Shown here: positions 37,631 through 51,450 of the stretch, piece by piece | Numbering within the stretch: position 1 is the first letter of the stretch | How the letters are laid out: each line of letters begins with the position of its first letter | NCBI GenBank assembly: GCA_904063045.1 | Contig: CAJFCJ010000005.1 | Coordinates: 3,156,165 to 3,220,164, forward strand | Length of the DNA stretch: 64,000 bases | Direction: 5' to 3' | Source of the DNA: Dimorphilus gyrociliatus | Taxonomy: Eukaryota; Animalia; Annelida | Program-made: the position numbers and the translations under genes | Notes under the pieces: model-generated | What the model was told of the DNA's origin: nothing | Databases searched by the model: none | The model's input: the letters and a program-made list of their open reading frames with translations, nothing else

Positions 37631-38234
37631 CAAAAAAACTTACAAAAAAAGACCAATTTGTGATAGTTCTTATCATTCTGTAGCGCACCAAAGTGTTTTT
37701 TACTATAGGTCACATTCTTTTAATCTTGTTATAAGCTTCTTGTTTTGTTTTTAATAATTTTTAAGTGCTTATAATGTATTCTTTTATGTCATTAATAAAT
37801 ATTATATTACATATATATATATATATATATATTTATAACTAAGTTATGCATTTTTTTAAATATATCGACTTTGTAAATACTGATGTTTTTTTCTCTATTG
37901 ATTTCGCTTTGATGTTTAACAGTGTTCTACTCTTAAATCTACTATGTTAAGCAATACGTTACAAATAGTTTGTTATATATGTTGATAGCTGTTGACTATA
38001 ATCGATTGCTTTATTTTTTAGCGGTATTCGTAGCTTTTATAAATAACGATTATGGGATGCTAAAAAAGTCTAAAAGCAAATTTTTTGCGGATCTCTGAGG
38101 AAATTCTTGGAATAGGCCTAAATGGAAAAGAAATATTTACATCATGAATAATATATTCCGTTTTATTGTTGTATACTAATAACTAACCAAAAAGGTTCTA
38201 TTTTCTAAATTCTTCTGTTTTGTTTTGTTTTGTT

Positions 38235-41227
38235 TTATTTTTTAGCTAAACGTTGTTTCAATTCAGTATTTTCCTTCTTCATTTCGGCGTAATCTTTAGC
38301 TATTTTTTCTAAATTTTCTTCAATTTTTTCTTGACTTTTACTCTCAATTTGATCTTCTAAAGTTCGAATCTCTCTTATAATAGCACCGGTTTCTTCTAGA
38401 GTTTTAATAATAATCTTGCAATTCTATTTACAAGAAAAAAAAGGAAAGAAATATATTTAGCAAGACACAGCGGTAGAATATATGCTACGTGCTTTCCACT
38501 GCATATATCCCAGATATGTAATTGCTAACCTCGTGCAATGCGGCTAAGTGCTTGTAAGATTTCCTAGAAGTTTCATCTTTTTTAGCATCCTAATAATTGA
38601 ATATGAAAAAATGTTGAGGATATAAAAAATTCTGACAGGCTTTAACGAGTATAAATTTACCCTGAATAATAACTCATCAGTAACGGTGAATGTCCTATCG
38701 AGCTTGCCTCCAATACTATTGACCTCTTTCTGAACTTCTTTAGTATCAATAAGAACCTATGCATAACGAATAGACTAATTAATAAATATATATTTATCAG
38801 GCTTACGATTCAAATGAGATTTCCTTACTTGATCTATGCCAGATTTTTGCTTTTTAATATTAGCAACAATCTCTAATATTCTCCTCGTGTATGCAGACCG
38901 ACTAACACTTTTTGTTAATTTCTCAACCTCATCACGCTTTACGAGCAAATATTTGCAGATAATAATTAATAAGTAAAAATTTTGTTTTTTTTGTATTTAC
39001 CAGTTGTTTTTGAGCTTCCTCCTTTATTTTATATTCACTAGTGACATCTTTAAAGTCTTGTTTAACTTTCTTCAACTCTTCAATTTTCTTTTCAGTTAAA
39101 GACTATAAAAGAAAGAATAGGGTAACAAACTTGTAAAGAGAAAAAAAAAGAGATGAAATACGATAATACAACAACAGTCTTTTTTCCCTTTATACGTTTA
39201 TAATAACATATACAGTATAAACAAAATATAGATAAAAACTTGTATAAATATAATTTATACCAACATCATTAAATCATTACTTACAGTAGTTTTATCTGCG
39301 GTTTCCTGTAATTTAGCTAACCTCTCTTCCAGAGGTTTCCTCCTTAATTCCCATTCTTTCTCAAATTCATCAATTTTCTCTTGCGTAGTCTTTACTTTTT
39401 TCTAACAGCGTGTATTAATATTAATAATATATAAGGTAGATTAGCCACTTGACTAGGGTAAAATCATATGAAATCCACATTAAATATTACCTCTAATAGT
39501 ATAGTATTATCTGATGCATTAGGCAATAAGTCGATTATTTTCTTTTTAATGTTATATTCTTCTTCTCTCTTCCTATTATCATCATCTAATCTATTCGACT
39601 TCTTCTTTAGCTTTAAATAAATCATATTAAATTATTATTTTTATCATTATTACTTTATATAGCTTTTACCTTAGGTAAAACTCCGTTATATTTGCTACAT
39701 TTCAATTCTAATTTCTCCATTTGTTTAGATATATCTAATAACTCACTACGTAAATTATCTAATTCTTCTTCTTTACTTATCGAACTCTTTACTTCTTTTC
39801 CTTCTTCTAATTGTTCAGCACTTTTAGGTGAATCCTATATCAATAATAAACATATCTACTTATTTAAATAAATAATATATAATTGTTTTAGAATCTATTA
39901 CATCATTAACATTTTCCTCATTTGAATGAAACAGTGTTGTCGTGTTTGAAATATTAATTGAACGATAATTCATCCAATCTCCATTTTGCATAGACTTTGA
40001 TTTGGCTTCTAAAATCGACTTTTTAACAATATTACCTAGAGCATCCTGACTCTTTTGCTGTAAGGATTATTTAAATATATGTACATAAATTTTTCTTTAA
40101 AAGTCATATATTGTAGGTTTACGTGTTTCGTTCTGATTGATTTCGATAATGAAAGCTCTTTTTCCTGTTGCTCAACTAATAAAGATGAATTAAGCTCCAT
40201 AAGCGAAGCTGGTAAATTTCTAACGTCCTTCAATTGTGAAGCAATAGGTTTCACGTCCGTCCCTTAAAATAGGAGGAATGTAATAAATTAAAAAGTTAAT
40301 TACGTAATGATCATAGATAAACAGTTGTTAAAAAAAAGCTTATAGTTATTACCATTCACTTCCGGAAGTGTCAAAGTCTCTGAGATGAATGGATGAGAAT
40401 GACTACTACCCTTTAGAGAGAAAAGTGGAAAATAGATAATTTCCTATTGATATTAAAAATTACAGAAATTATCTCGTCTATTATTACTTGTTTGTACCAT
40501 TTATCTCCTTTCCAGTAAATACCTCTTTTCTTTAGAAAACTCGGAATCCAAGGCAACTCTAACTGCTCTCGAATTTCTCTACCGATAGTGTGCTGCAACT
40601 GTTCATAGGCACCTGGAAATAATTAACTCTATACTATCCCATTTGATTCTCAACTGGTAATTTATTCTAATGTTTTTAATGTGTACTTAGTTTTCTATCG
40701 CTTGTTGTTGAACTTTCTTTCGGTAACCTTTCCACAAGGAACATAAAAACTTTCCTAATTTCAGTATCATTCGAATAAAGAAGTGTTTGATATCCTATTT
40801 CTCCTTTGTAACCGATACCCTGAAAATACCCATATTATTATTCAAAATACCATTATTATACTATAGTGTATAATTTGGCTACTTTTATTTCTTCAACTAA
40901 TTGAGTTCCGATGCGGAATTTGGTTGCCATATTAGGCGGAAGTTTCTTAGGCAAGTCATCTTTGCCTAGGATTATTTCTAAGCATTTAGCAACCCCTTCA
41001 ACTATAAGATCAACCGAAAACTCTGATAGGCTTTCTACGTGATCTTCAACGTCGCTGTTCAAAATAAGTAACATTTACTACAATTGCATATGAGAAAATT
41101 ATTTAATAGCTTTATTAATATGTTTTCGATCAGCTGTAAGCATAAAAATCGCGCCTTGTAAACAAACTAAGACATACCAGCCAATATTTTGTAGGGTATG
41201 TACTATTATTCTATCTACCTCCTCCAT
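38235..41227 (-). CDS. CCDC22: Coiled-coil domain-containing protein 22 (CCC/Commander complex)
   Basis: N-terminus MEEVDRIIVHTLQNIG, then LPPNMATKFRIG, IGYQTLLYSNDTEIRKVFMFLVERLPK and IREQLELPWIP. C-terminus NCKIIIKTLEETGAIIREIRTLEDQIE..NLEKIAKDYAEMKKEN..*. Confidence 0.93.
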
Positions 41228-41657
41228 ATTTTAGTCATGTGATCAACGGAATACTTGAAAACCAGTTTACAACAGCAACAATGTCAAGGCCGACATAGGC
41301 TTCTAAGAAATCCGTAATTTTTAGAAATTTCCATAAAGCCTATCATCATCTAAATTAGAGACTTTAGGATAGTACCTATACGAATAATGGTAGTTTCAAA
41401 AAGGCTACTGTAAAGAAGGGACTGAAAGGGACTTTCAGAGACTTTATTATATTATATATACAGTATATTATTTGAACTTTATTACATGAATAAATTCGAA
41501 TATAAAATCAATATTTAGTCTAAAAGAATAAATATGTAATAAAACTATTTAAGAAGTAGAATAAATTGTTATAAATTGATTAAGGAGACTTAAATGAAGG
41601 GTAAAAGATAGGAATATTGAAAAAATTTCATTTTCTCTTGCCATTTAATAAATCAAA

Positions 41658-43904
41658 TCATTTTCTCTTTTGAGAAATTAGGCACGTCTTCTTTCTCGGA
41701 CAGTAGCAACAAGCCCTTTAAAGGAAAGCTGATAAGATATGATATCGTATTGAATACAAACAAAAGTTTACCATGTTGGTACATGATTCTGGATGTACAT
41801 TCCAATTTGATGACCTATTTATAAAAAGTAGGTATGTAATAAACTAATAAGATATTTTCATAGATATATTAAATATAATTACCTTTATGACAACTTTCTA
41901 TGCATGGTTTACATATCCCTAGATGGAAATAGGAAGATGAAAAAAAATATATGAGAGCATATATCACCTATTTAATAACTTAGGTATAACTTGACACTTA
42001 CAATGAAAATTACATTGTTGACATGTAAAATAGTCCATAGACTCTGGGAATTCTTTGTCAAACGTTTGAGAAAAACAAACTTTTGGCTTGTCACTTAAGA
42101 GTTTTACCTCTCCGTATAATACTATTTTAGTACCAGGTTTCTGTTATTAATAACAATTTAATAGTTTTTATGTCAATTGAAAACAAATTCATACCAATCC
42201 ATACTGTAAAACTGGTTTAATTCCTGCAGGAATAACATGAAGACCGGCTACTTTCTTCTTTTCATTAATTACTAAATTAATCTGATCTTCAATATTTTTA
42301 AAATTTGAATCGGAAAATGGGCTATAAATAGATGCGATAAGTAAAATAAATATTGAAAATGACTGGGTGAATACCTTAATGAAAAGAATTTTGCAGTATC
42401 GGAAACTTCAATAATTGGATCATGCAACTTTTCCATTTCCTGATGAAGGATTCGTGTAAAGTCATTAATGCTGTAAAGAGCTTTCTATGATCATAATAAC
42501 TAATTGAAATTAATATTATTGATACCAACGTCGAATTTGGTTTTATAGTAATATCTTGTATGGAGATGTTTTTATGAAGAAGTATAAAAGTTACAGTAAT
42601 TGGTAGAACGGTAATATGCGGAATATGTTCGGATAGATATCTGGTAAGAAATAATCATATATACAGCAAAAACATAGAAATTAAGGTCCGTACATTTAAA
42701 ATTTATGAAATATAATATAGGTTTAATTGATAAAAATCTTTTCATTACCTGTCGTAAGCCTCCGATATCAGCCTAATAGACTCACTCTTTTCGAATTCAT
42801 ACCTATTTACTTGCGTTTCACGTTCCTCCTCAGTTTCGGTTGATAATGATCGCTTTCGCCTCTCGCATTCATCAATTATTAATTGACAGTATTTTTCATG
42901 GGCAGCCAAACCTTGACGTAAGTGTTCTTTAGAGATTGTTAAAAATTTTAATTAGTTATATAAGTGAATAATTCTGCTAAGATCATATTTTGAGACAAAC
43001 TTTTTAAAACCTCTTTAATTAGATTCTGACTATCTTTAACCTCTGAACCTGTATTTAAACATACATTTAATTATAAATTGTGTATATGTATATACATTTC
43101 CTATTTTTTATTCACCTAATTGACCCGCTTCGCTAATAATATTGTCTAGATAAGCTGCTTCTTCGTTTTTTTTCGCTTCCTGAATTGAGACTAGAATATT
43201 AAGAGAATTCTTACTAATAGGGATCAAATACCTAGAAATCAAATTTACTCACTAATTAATTCATTAAAACTTAAATCCCTAATTACGCTGTCAGGATTGA
43301 GAGACCCATTACAGCATGGACATTTCTGTCTCCTATCAATTGCTTCTATAATACATTTTCCACAAAATTTATGACCGCAAGTAGTGATGTGAACATCCTG
43401 TAGAATATTCATGCAGACTGGACATATGATATGATCTCCAAAGGTTGATAGCTATGTAACAATTATTTAATATAAAGCTTACACTATATGTTTTTTGTAT
43501 TTCATTTTATTTTAAGCCGAGTGATAATGAGTTAGTGGAAGGAAAAATATGGTTTTTTTAAATAAAAGTTAATCAATCGAGTTCTTACCGAAATTTTAAT
43601 ATTTAACTCTTCACTTTCCATTATATATTCTTGTTGGATAAATTCAACAAAATGATTTCAACAATAAAGACACAAATTGCTAAATTGTTAATCATAAACC
43701 TGAAAACAGAAAATACATTTCAGGAATCCTGTTCCTTTTTCAATTTTCTATATAAATATTAGTAAACGAATAGTTAACCAGTCACACACTATATATTTGT
43801 TAATAGGCGTATTTTGTTTCAATTTCATCACTTAAATAAAAGACAGATGACGGAGTTAGTTAGATTAAGATAAAAGGTAAGATTTACCTAAATCTTTCTT
43901 CCAT
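41658..43904 (-). CDS. Uncharacterised RING(C3HC4)-coiled coil-ubiquitin-like-UBR-box-like zinc finger protein (putative E3 ligase)
   Basis: About 11-12 in-phase exons. The RING exon is 43452-43253 (CPVCMNILQDVHITTCGHKFCGKCIIEAIDRRQKCPCC). The C-terminal region is CFSQTFDK..DYFTCQQCNFHWICKPCIESCHKGHQI..PTWACCYCPRKKTC, with stop TGA at 41660-41658. The start codon is uncertain: 43904 (MEERF) is phase-compatible, 43621 is not. Confidence 0.85.
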
Positions 43905-45737
43905 GGGGAAATAAAATGTTCAATTAAGAAGGAAAAGGTAGACTACTTTCCAAGGGAATTATTAACCTAATAACAGTAATCTAATGGACAAAATTTTTTA
44001 AGGTCTATTAATTTACTTTGACCTATATATGCTGTATATATGAATACCCTTTTGTTATAATTTATCTTTAATAGTAAAGGTACTATTTTATTATTCCCCT
44101 GGTCCAATTGTCTCTCAATTCTTTGTTCTATATTAAAAGTAATGAAGACAATTACCCTGTTCTATTTCTCTTTTCCATTTTATTTTATAACTTACATACA
44201 CGAACTTTAATTAATCTTAAAGGAAGCTATACTAATCAAACAAAACTTGATTTATGAAGATTAGAAAAATTGACAATAATTGAAAAAATTACAGTTTTCG
44301 CCTAGTTCTTTTCTTTTTTTTACATTAAAGACAAAGATAAATAGTCTTTTTCTTTAATTGAAAACGTTGAGATAGATGGATTAGATCAAAAAAAAAAAAA
44401 CATTAAAGGAAGAAGCCGATTGATACCATTACTCCCGAAACCAAAAGTAACATTTTACTTTTAAAAAAACATCTCTTTTCACTCTTGTTAGCATTTTAAC
44501 TATATTATATTTCTTTTCAAAATATCTTTAATTAAAAATTTTATCATTTAAAATATCCTTAACAATGATAACTATTGATAAACTTGAAATCAATGATGTA
44601 GACTCCCAAAGACGCCATAAAACTTCTCTCTATGGCATTAGTTGCTTTAACCAATTATCCTCATGTGAATTAACAATTGTGATAACCTTTTGAACCATCT
44701 TTTACCTCATTAACTTATTTTCAAAGGGGATAAAAGTTGTATGGTTAGCCATAGCCCATCATCTTATCATCAGTTTATGGAAAGTAATAAAGTAATAGTT
44801 TATAAGGAATATTTTAACCTTTCTATCAGATGTATTATATTCATTTTCAATCTGGGTAAAAGTTAAGAAAACTGTATGAAAAAAGAGTCAAGGCAATCAA
44901 ATGATATATTCTAAGTAGAGCATGTAATTTACAAAATTGTTTAAGCTTCCTTCGCAAATGGTTTTCTATTAGGAATCCATTCACGAATTTTTTTTAAATA
45001 CGCGTAATTTTTCATTTATATGGTTTTGTTCTTCGTCAACAATTAAGTAAGTTTGCTATTGCAAAAGATAGATCTGAAGCATTCTACTCATCTATACAAC
45101 TTGATGAGCTATTGTTTTCATTCCGTTTCAATCAAATGCAATTTGAGAAAGAATCTTTAAAGAAAGAAAGAAAGAAAGAAATACTTTCTTACAAAATCTA
45201 TTTACAAAATTATAAAGAAAGTAAGGAAATCGATCAAGTAGAATTAATGTTTTCGTTGTTTCCTATTATTCTAGAGAGAAATCTATAGAATTCTTTCTTT
45301 AATTGTTGCATATATGCCGAATACAGCTTATTTGGGTCGGGTCCAGATTTTTTGAAGAATGAATCAGAACCCGATTAAAAATTCGTGGAACCGGTGATTA
45401 CCGGTTTTTCTTGAAAACAATCTATTTTGCCCAGCAGAAATTAATTATCTGATTTTTTTTATTACTTAGCATCAATCGCACTCATAATTTTGATATTTTG
45501 GGAGGCATACAATTTGCCTATGATATATATATATTTTAAATCGGTTAGTTTTCAGTAGAGCTATTTCTTTACGCTTTCGTCAATATATTTTGAACCGGCC
45601 AGTTTGAAAGCATTCGGGTAGTAAAACTCTGGTTCCCGTTCCAATCAATCTCATCATCTGAACAACTTACAGCTTCAAGTTCGGGAAAGAGTAGCGATCT
45701 ATTATCGCCCAAGTTATTGTGACTCAATTATGATAAA

Positions 45738-48687
45738 ATGACTGAAGAATGCAGCCGTAAAAAAGGAAGGATCGAAGATAAAGTCCAAGTAAGTAATAGC
45801 TTTAGCATTTTTTAATGACATGACATTAAAATTTGTTTCAGGAATTACTTCAGCAGTTAAAAAATTGTACCAAATCAAGTGACAACAACGAAAACAATTC
45901 CGAACAGTTGCGTTACTTTATTTACTTAAAATAAAAAATTAATACTATTTAATTATGCAATTTTCAGGAAATCTCTACTAGTATCAATGCTTAAGATTAC
46001 AGCACAAAAACAATTAGGAGATGTAAGTTTCATTTCAATAAATGTTGACTTTGCTTGTATAAAATTTTCATAATTCTTTCTAGACTCCAAAATCTATTCA
46101 AAAATTGCTCTCTCAATTAGTGAAAACTGAAGACTTGAATTGCTTGATTGTGAACCTGCACCCTGGAAATGAAGGATACTCTATTCAGTACCCAAAAGTG
46201 GAAGATGCCGAAACAATTATTTTATCTTATGAAGTAAGGGAGAAAGAAATATTAAATAATCGGCATTTATAGCAATTTGAAAATATAAATTAATGAACTT
46301 GTTCTTTCTTGTAGGAATCAGACTTTTTAGAATATTTAGATTCTCAACAAATCCCACCGTTTATCCTTGATGTTCTTGACGAAGCACCAGTCAATCTTTA
46401 CTACGACGGCCACGTTGTAGTGGAACTGCGCGATTTTAGGCGAAATACCGTTCCAAAGGAATACCATACATCCTATGTTATTTTAAAGCCTTCTCAGGAA
46501 ACTTTAATAGCAGATGTTAACATGATAGCTAATCAAATTAGTCCTAGCCATGCAATATCTCAGGAAGATATGCTAAGGTTGGAGCAGAAAATTATTGAGG
46601 ACATAGAAGAGCCTATGTGCCTGGATCCGTCACCAAGCCTGGCTGTTGTCCAAAATATCCTTGAAAAAGATGTACTAAATAGTGAAGGCCTTGTAAGACA
46701 AGCTAGGAAATGGAATCAGGCATCGGTTGCTAGGAGACGAAAATATCTTTCACAGTGTTCTGGTCCATGTTTCTCCTCCCTCCACGATTTCCTTATCACC
46801 AAACGACAGACGTCTGGGTAAATTTATTTTACTGATCAAATTAATGAATCTACCATGATTTATCATGTTTTCTATTTATTTCAGTGTTTCTTCCCATCGT
46901 AAATTGCTCTCTGTAGATACCTTCAAGGAACAACCAATTCGACTTTCAGCCCCATCTAATCTAGAAGTTATGAAATATGTGAACATGTCTTATGAAAGAT
47001 TTCGGAACGTTTCCTATCAAGTAATTGAAGAATGGTCATTTGAAAGGGAAGATAGCTCTTGTAATGTTTGGAACAAACTTATCGTTAGCAAAAAGGGAAA
47101 TGTTTTCGTTTGTCAGCTTTCTGAATATAGGTAAACTAAACGACAGCACTAAATGTTGATAAACGACAATTTAATGTTTTTCTTTTATTCCTGCTGTATA
47201 GGGCAAACGTAGAAAATTCTTTAAAGAGTAAAAAAATTGAATTTTCAACGAGAGAAGAATTAGATAATCATGTACAACAGTTTGAGAAAGTTTTTACTGA
47301 ATCTTATACAAAATCTGCCATTATTACACATACTATAGCTGGCCAAGCACCAAAAATTACCAAAATTGAGGGTAAAGATAATGGTAAGGTTAACGACACT
47401 GCCTTCTCAAGATTGTCTGAGGGAAAGATAACCTTTCAAAGTTCGTTATTTTTCCATATCATAGCTTTTATTATGAAAGGAGGGGCTTTTCTATTCTAAA
47501 AGTCGACTTTATTCGGCCGATGGCAATATAGTTAATGAGGCCTAAAAAATTTATCTTTCCTTGCTAATACTACTATTTTATCGTTTTAACATATTTCCCT
47601 TTTGATTTTACAGTGCCCAATAGCAATATTCAAAAAGCTGCAATAAATGCTCAATTCATCCAAAGTATTCAGCAGCAGCAGCAACAATTACAACAGCAAA
47701 AAATTCCTGCTAATACACCACAGTTACCGACTCATAGACTGAGACAAATGGGTATTTTTGCGCACGTATCAAGGTTGGCATACTTATCAATAATTGATAT
47801 AATACTAATAACGCCATATATTTCATTCAGTAGATCAGGTACTCCTCTACCTCAAGTAAACTTAACGACTTGCCGTAAGTTGCAGACAATGCAGTGTACG
47901 TTAACCCTTACTAATTAATTGTAACTATATATATATATATATATATATATACAGTATATATACCAATATATATGAATATTTATATGTATTAGTATATGAA
48001 ATATTCAATGTCATTCATATATTGCATTCTCTTATATAATTAATGGGTATTTCTTTGAATTATTTTCGTTTTTCAGCACTAATTTAATGATATATAGTGA
48101 GATTTATTAGACTTCAATTTCCATTAGCTCATCTACCATCCTATACCCAGGCAACAGCTTTTCCAGCCAACCGATCTCCCGTATCATCAGTTGGCATTGC
48201 CCAAACTATAACAGTATCTGCTTCGCAATTGACCTCCATCCCTCATGTACAAGGTACATATCTCTAATAGTTGTAATGCTTTATTCTTAACGTTCTTAGT
48301 AATATCAGTTCGTTCATCGAATCAAATTTCTCCTACGTCACCAACCACTTTACAAGTGAACTCTATTGATAAAAAAGATGGAACAAACCGAACTGGATTA
48401 GTTCATTTAGGTACACAACTTAATTTAATTAAGCCTGTTCGAGGCGGGACACCGAACAGTAGTGGTTTATCTCTTTTGCAATTAGTTTCGCCCCCCCAGT
48501 TGTCTCCAGCAGGTAAATTTCTAATCAATATATGATAGATTAAAAGCCACGTATATAATATTTGATTGTTACTAAATGTACTTTTTATTTATCCGTTTTA
48601 GACTCGTTAAGCCCCTCAAGTTCTACTACTCAACAGTTGTATATCACAACAGTGCAAACGGCCAATCCTAATACGTCGTCTATATAA
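45738..48687 (+). CDS. SUPT20H: SAGA complex subunit SPT20 homolog
   Basis: LNCLIVNLHPGNEGYSI, YEESDFLEYLDSQQIPPFILDVL, GHVVVELRDFR, VILKPSQETLIADV and LEQKII..EPMCLDPSP are Spt20-domain motifs. A Q/P/S-rich C-terminus follows, with TAA at 48685-48687. Confidence 0.92.
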
Positions 48688-49359
48688 AGAGATACAAATA
48701 ATAAAAAAGATATTTTTTTCCCAACAAAATATTTTTCGTGTTCTTCATTTAAAAAGAAATAATTAGCAAACTATATTCTATGCTCTTGGTGAGGAAAAAC
48801 CCAAAACGCAAGCAAATACACTAATGCAAACTAAAATTGATCTTGAAAATGATTTAGGCCAACTGTCAGTAATATTTCGACATAAACAGATGGAAAAACG
48901 TTGTTTCTACTTTGGAATAACAGTCAATAAAACCGATTTTTTTCCCTCGGCTAATCCTATATCTTGTCCCATTTAGTATTAATTACTTTAGCAATCGAAA
49001 ACCGATAGTCATAAATTATAAGTCTTATTTTATAGTAAAAGCAAGAGAAAAGGAAAAATGTTATAAATAATTAAACTACAGGAAGAGAATATAACTATAT
49101 TGTATTTTCTGTATTCTCGTGGAAGAGTTTATTAATAATTTTAAGAATAATCACAGTAATTTAAGGAATGGTAATTTAATGAGAACACATTCGTAAAAGG
49201 TAATAAATAATAATGATATATATTATTTATGAAAAATATAAGTAATATGTTTGTAAGATTTATAGCATTTCACTAAAGGCAAAAATAAATGAGCATCTGC
49301 TACAAAATATTTCATAAGAAAAATAATAAAGTTTTGCTCTTCTGTCTCTTGCTTTCCCC

Positions 49360-49395
<36 letters not shown>

Positions 49396-49531
49396 CCTCT
49401 GATTCGTTTTGTGCCTACCTACTCTTTGATTTTTATCTATTCACAGATTAATAACTCCATCTATAGTTTATTTTTATACTAACATATAGATACAAATGGA
49501 CAATATATATATTTATATAAAATTTAGTATA

Positions 49532-51450
49532 TTAATTTATTTTTGGTGCATATGCTAAGCATTTATCTTTTAATAATTGCAGAGGACTTTTAACTTGGGT
49601 ATGATCTATATCGGATTTGGAAGAGAATAGTAACAATTTAGATTTAATTAGTTCAAAGGTCAATGGGAATAATTCAAATTCTTCATTGTCGATATTCAAC
49701 CAAGCTTTAGTTTCGGTCTGAAATGAAAAATGAAATAAAATAGGATGAAGTTCCTCTGTAAGCAATAACTGCTAATGGGAGATCGAAAGGCAGAATACAG
49801 AATAAAAATGATATGCACAGCAATCGATTGCTGTTAGTTATTTAGCAATATTAAGTTCAAGTTTCAGAAGAAAGACGCTAACCTCTTTTGGCATCTGTGG
49901 ATTTAATTTTAACGATTGAACATCAATCGATTTGCGTTTTATTAGGTTTAAATTTTGGTTTTTTTCCCTGGCCCAACCCTCTTTTATAAATTCCATCTTC
50001 TCAGGAGCATCATTTAAAATGCTAACTGCTATACTTGATTCGTTTAATTTAGCATGAAGTTCGATACCAGATATACTTTCATTGTGTTCAATACCGCAAT
50101 TTTCATTAACGATTTTACTATAATCAACAGCTGGAAGTTCATATTGGGGCTTCAGTAGAATATGCCACCACCTCCATTTAGGTGGTTCGAATTTAGGAAC
50201 GCATTTATTACAACCAGAGCAAGGTAATGTATACGTGATGTCAGCTTGTATAGTTGGCGGCCAAGTACCACGCAGTGTTGTAGCCAAATAAGCAACTTTT
50301 CTCTTTAAGGGACCATAATACCAATATCTAATATATCGTTACAATATTTTAATAAATAAATAGATAGAGTATTAATAATTAATTAAATAATTAATCATAT
50401 AAATAAATAAAATACAATATTAAAGTACAAACTTGTCGACTTGGGCGTGAGTGTCGCGAAATGTTCCCCATAGAAGGTCTGACAGAGCGAATACTGGTTC
50501 ACCTTCTTCAGCCTTGCAAATAATTGAGAGAAGAAAATATGTAAATTGTGTTAGATTATCTTAAGAATTATTATTTTTACCCGAATTTTCATAATATTTT
50601 CCTTTTTAGTAACACCTTTAATAATAGACATAGCGGCTTCCAAACAATTTAATACTTCTCCGGAATCCCCAAATATTTTGTTTGCTACAGTATTAGTCTT
50701 TCCTAATGGAATTACGCCTACTGGAATATTTGATTTCGAAGAGCGAAACAAGCCAGTTACAATTTCTCCTACAGTACCGTTCCCACCAGCAATTACAATG
50801 GCGTCTACTTCATCCGCTTCTATAACTTTTGCATATTGTTTACCTTGACCTTCGTATTCAGTCTACATTTGAAGAGTTAAATTTGAAGGGTTAATATTTT
50901 CTAACGATATCTCTAATTATAACAAGTCGTTTACCCTTATTAAACTGACTTGTAAGCCAGCCAAATGGAGAAGGGGCGCTACATTCTTTTCATATATACT
51001 TCTAGCTTTGCTATACGGGATAAACTAGCCGATAATTACGACATGAATTATTTAATGATGAACTTTTTACCCTGACTGAGCAGCGGGATTTAAGAAGACA
51101 ATAACTCTTCTAGGATTGCCCAAATTGCAACTGACAGCACCATATTTCTATGTTAAGATAATTAACTTGATTTTTAGATTAATTTTTCCAAGTAAATGTT
51201 ATTAATCAACACTTACCTGAGCTTCTTTGCAATAAACTGCCCTTAATAGACTTTCTCTGTAACATATTCAAAAACAACGTGTGGACGATATTAAAGGTAA
51301 TTATCAAAATTATAAGCCTGAACTAGGTTAATCTTATATTATAAAAGGTCACCTGTATTTTTTATCACCCCACCAAATACCACCTCCTGCAATGGCACTA
51401 AAAAATACAGTTTTCTTCCAATTATTTCTTAACACCGAAAATATCCCCAT
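49532..51450 (-). CDS. AGK: Acylglycerol kinase, mitochondrial
   Basis: N-terminus MGIFSVLRNNWKKTVFFSAIAGGGIWW, DAGKc-type motifs (VFLNPAAQSG, APLLHLAGLQV, IVIAGGNGTVGEIVTGL, PVGVIPLGKTNT) and C-terminal IDNEEFE. Confidence 0.93.

Noticed and set aside
43589-43699. Exon-like segment with ATG at 43621 as the start of the RING gene
   Set aside because: Its phase-0 donor is incompatible with the phase-2 RING exon acceptor, and it has in-frame stops if included. At most it is a UTR or poison exon.
44553-44563. ATATCCTTAAC resembling a U12 5' splice site or branch point
   Set aside because: It is not within any plus-strand gene model and has no partner site. No minor-class introns were seen in the junctions checked.
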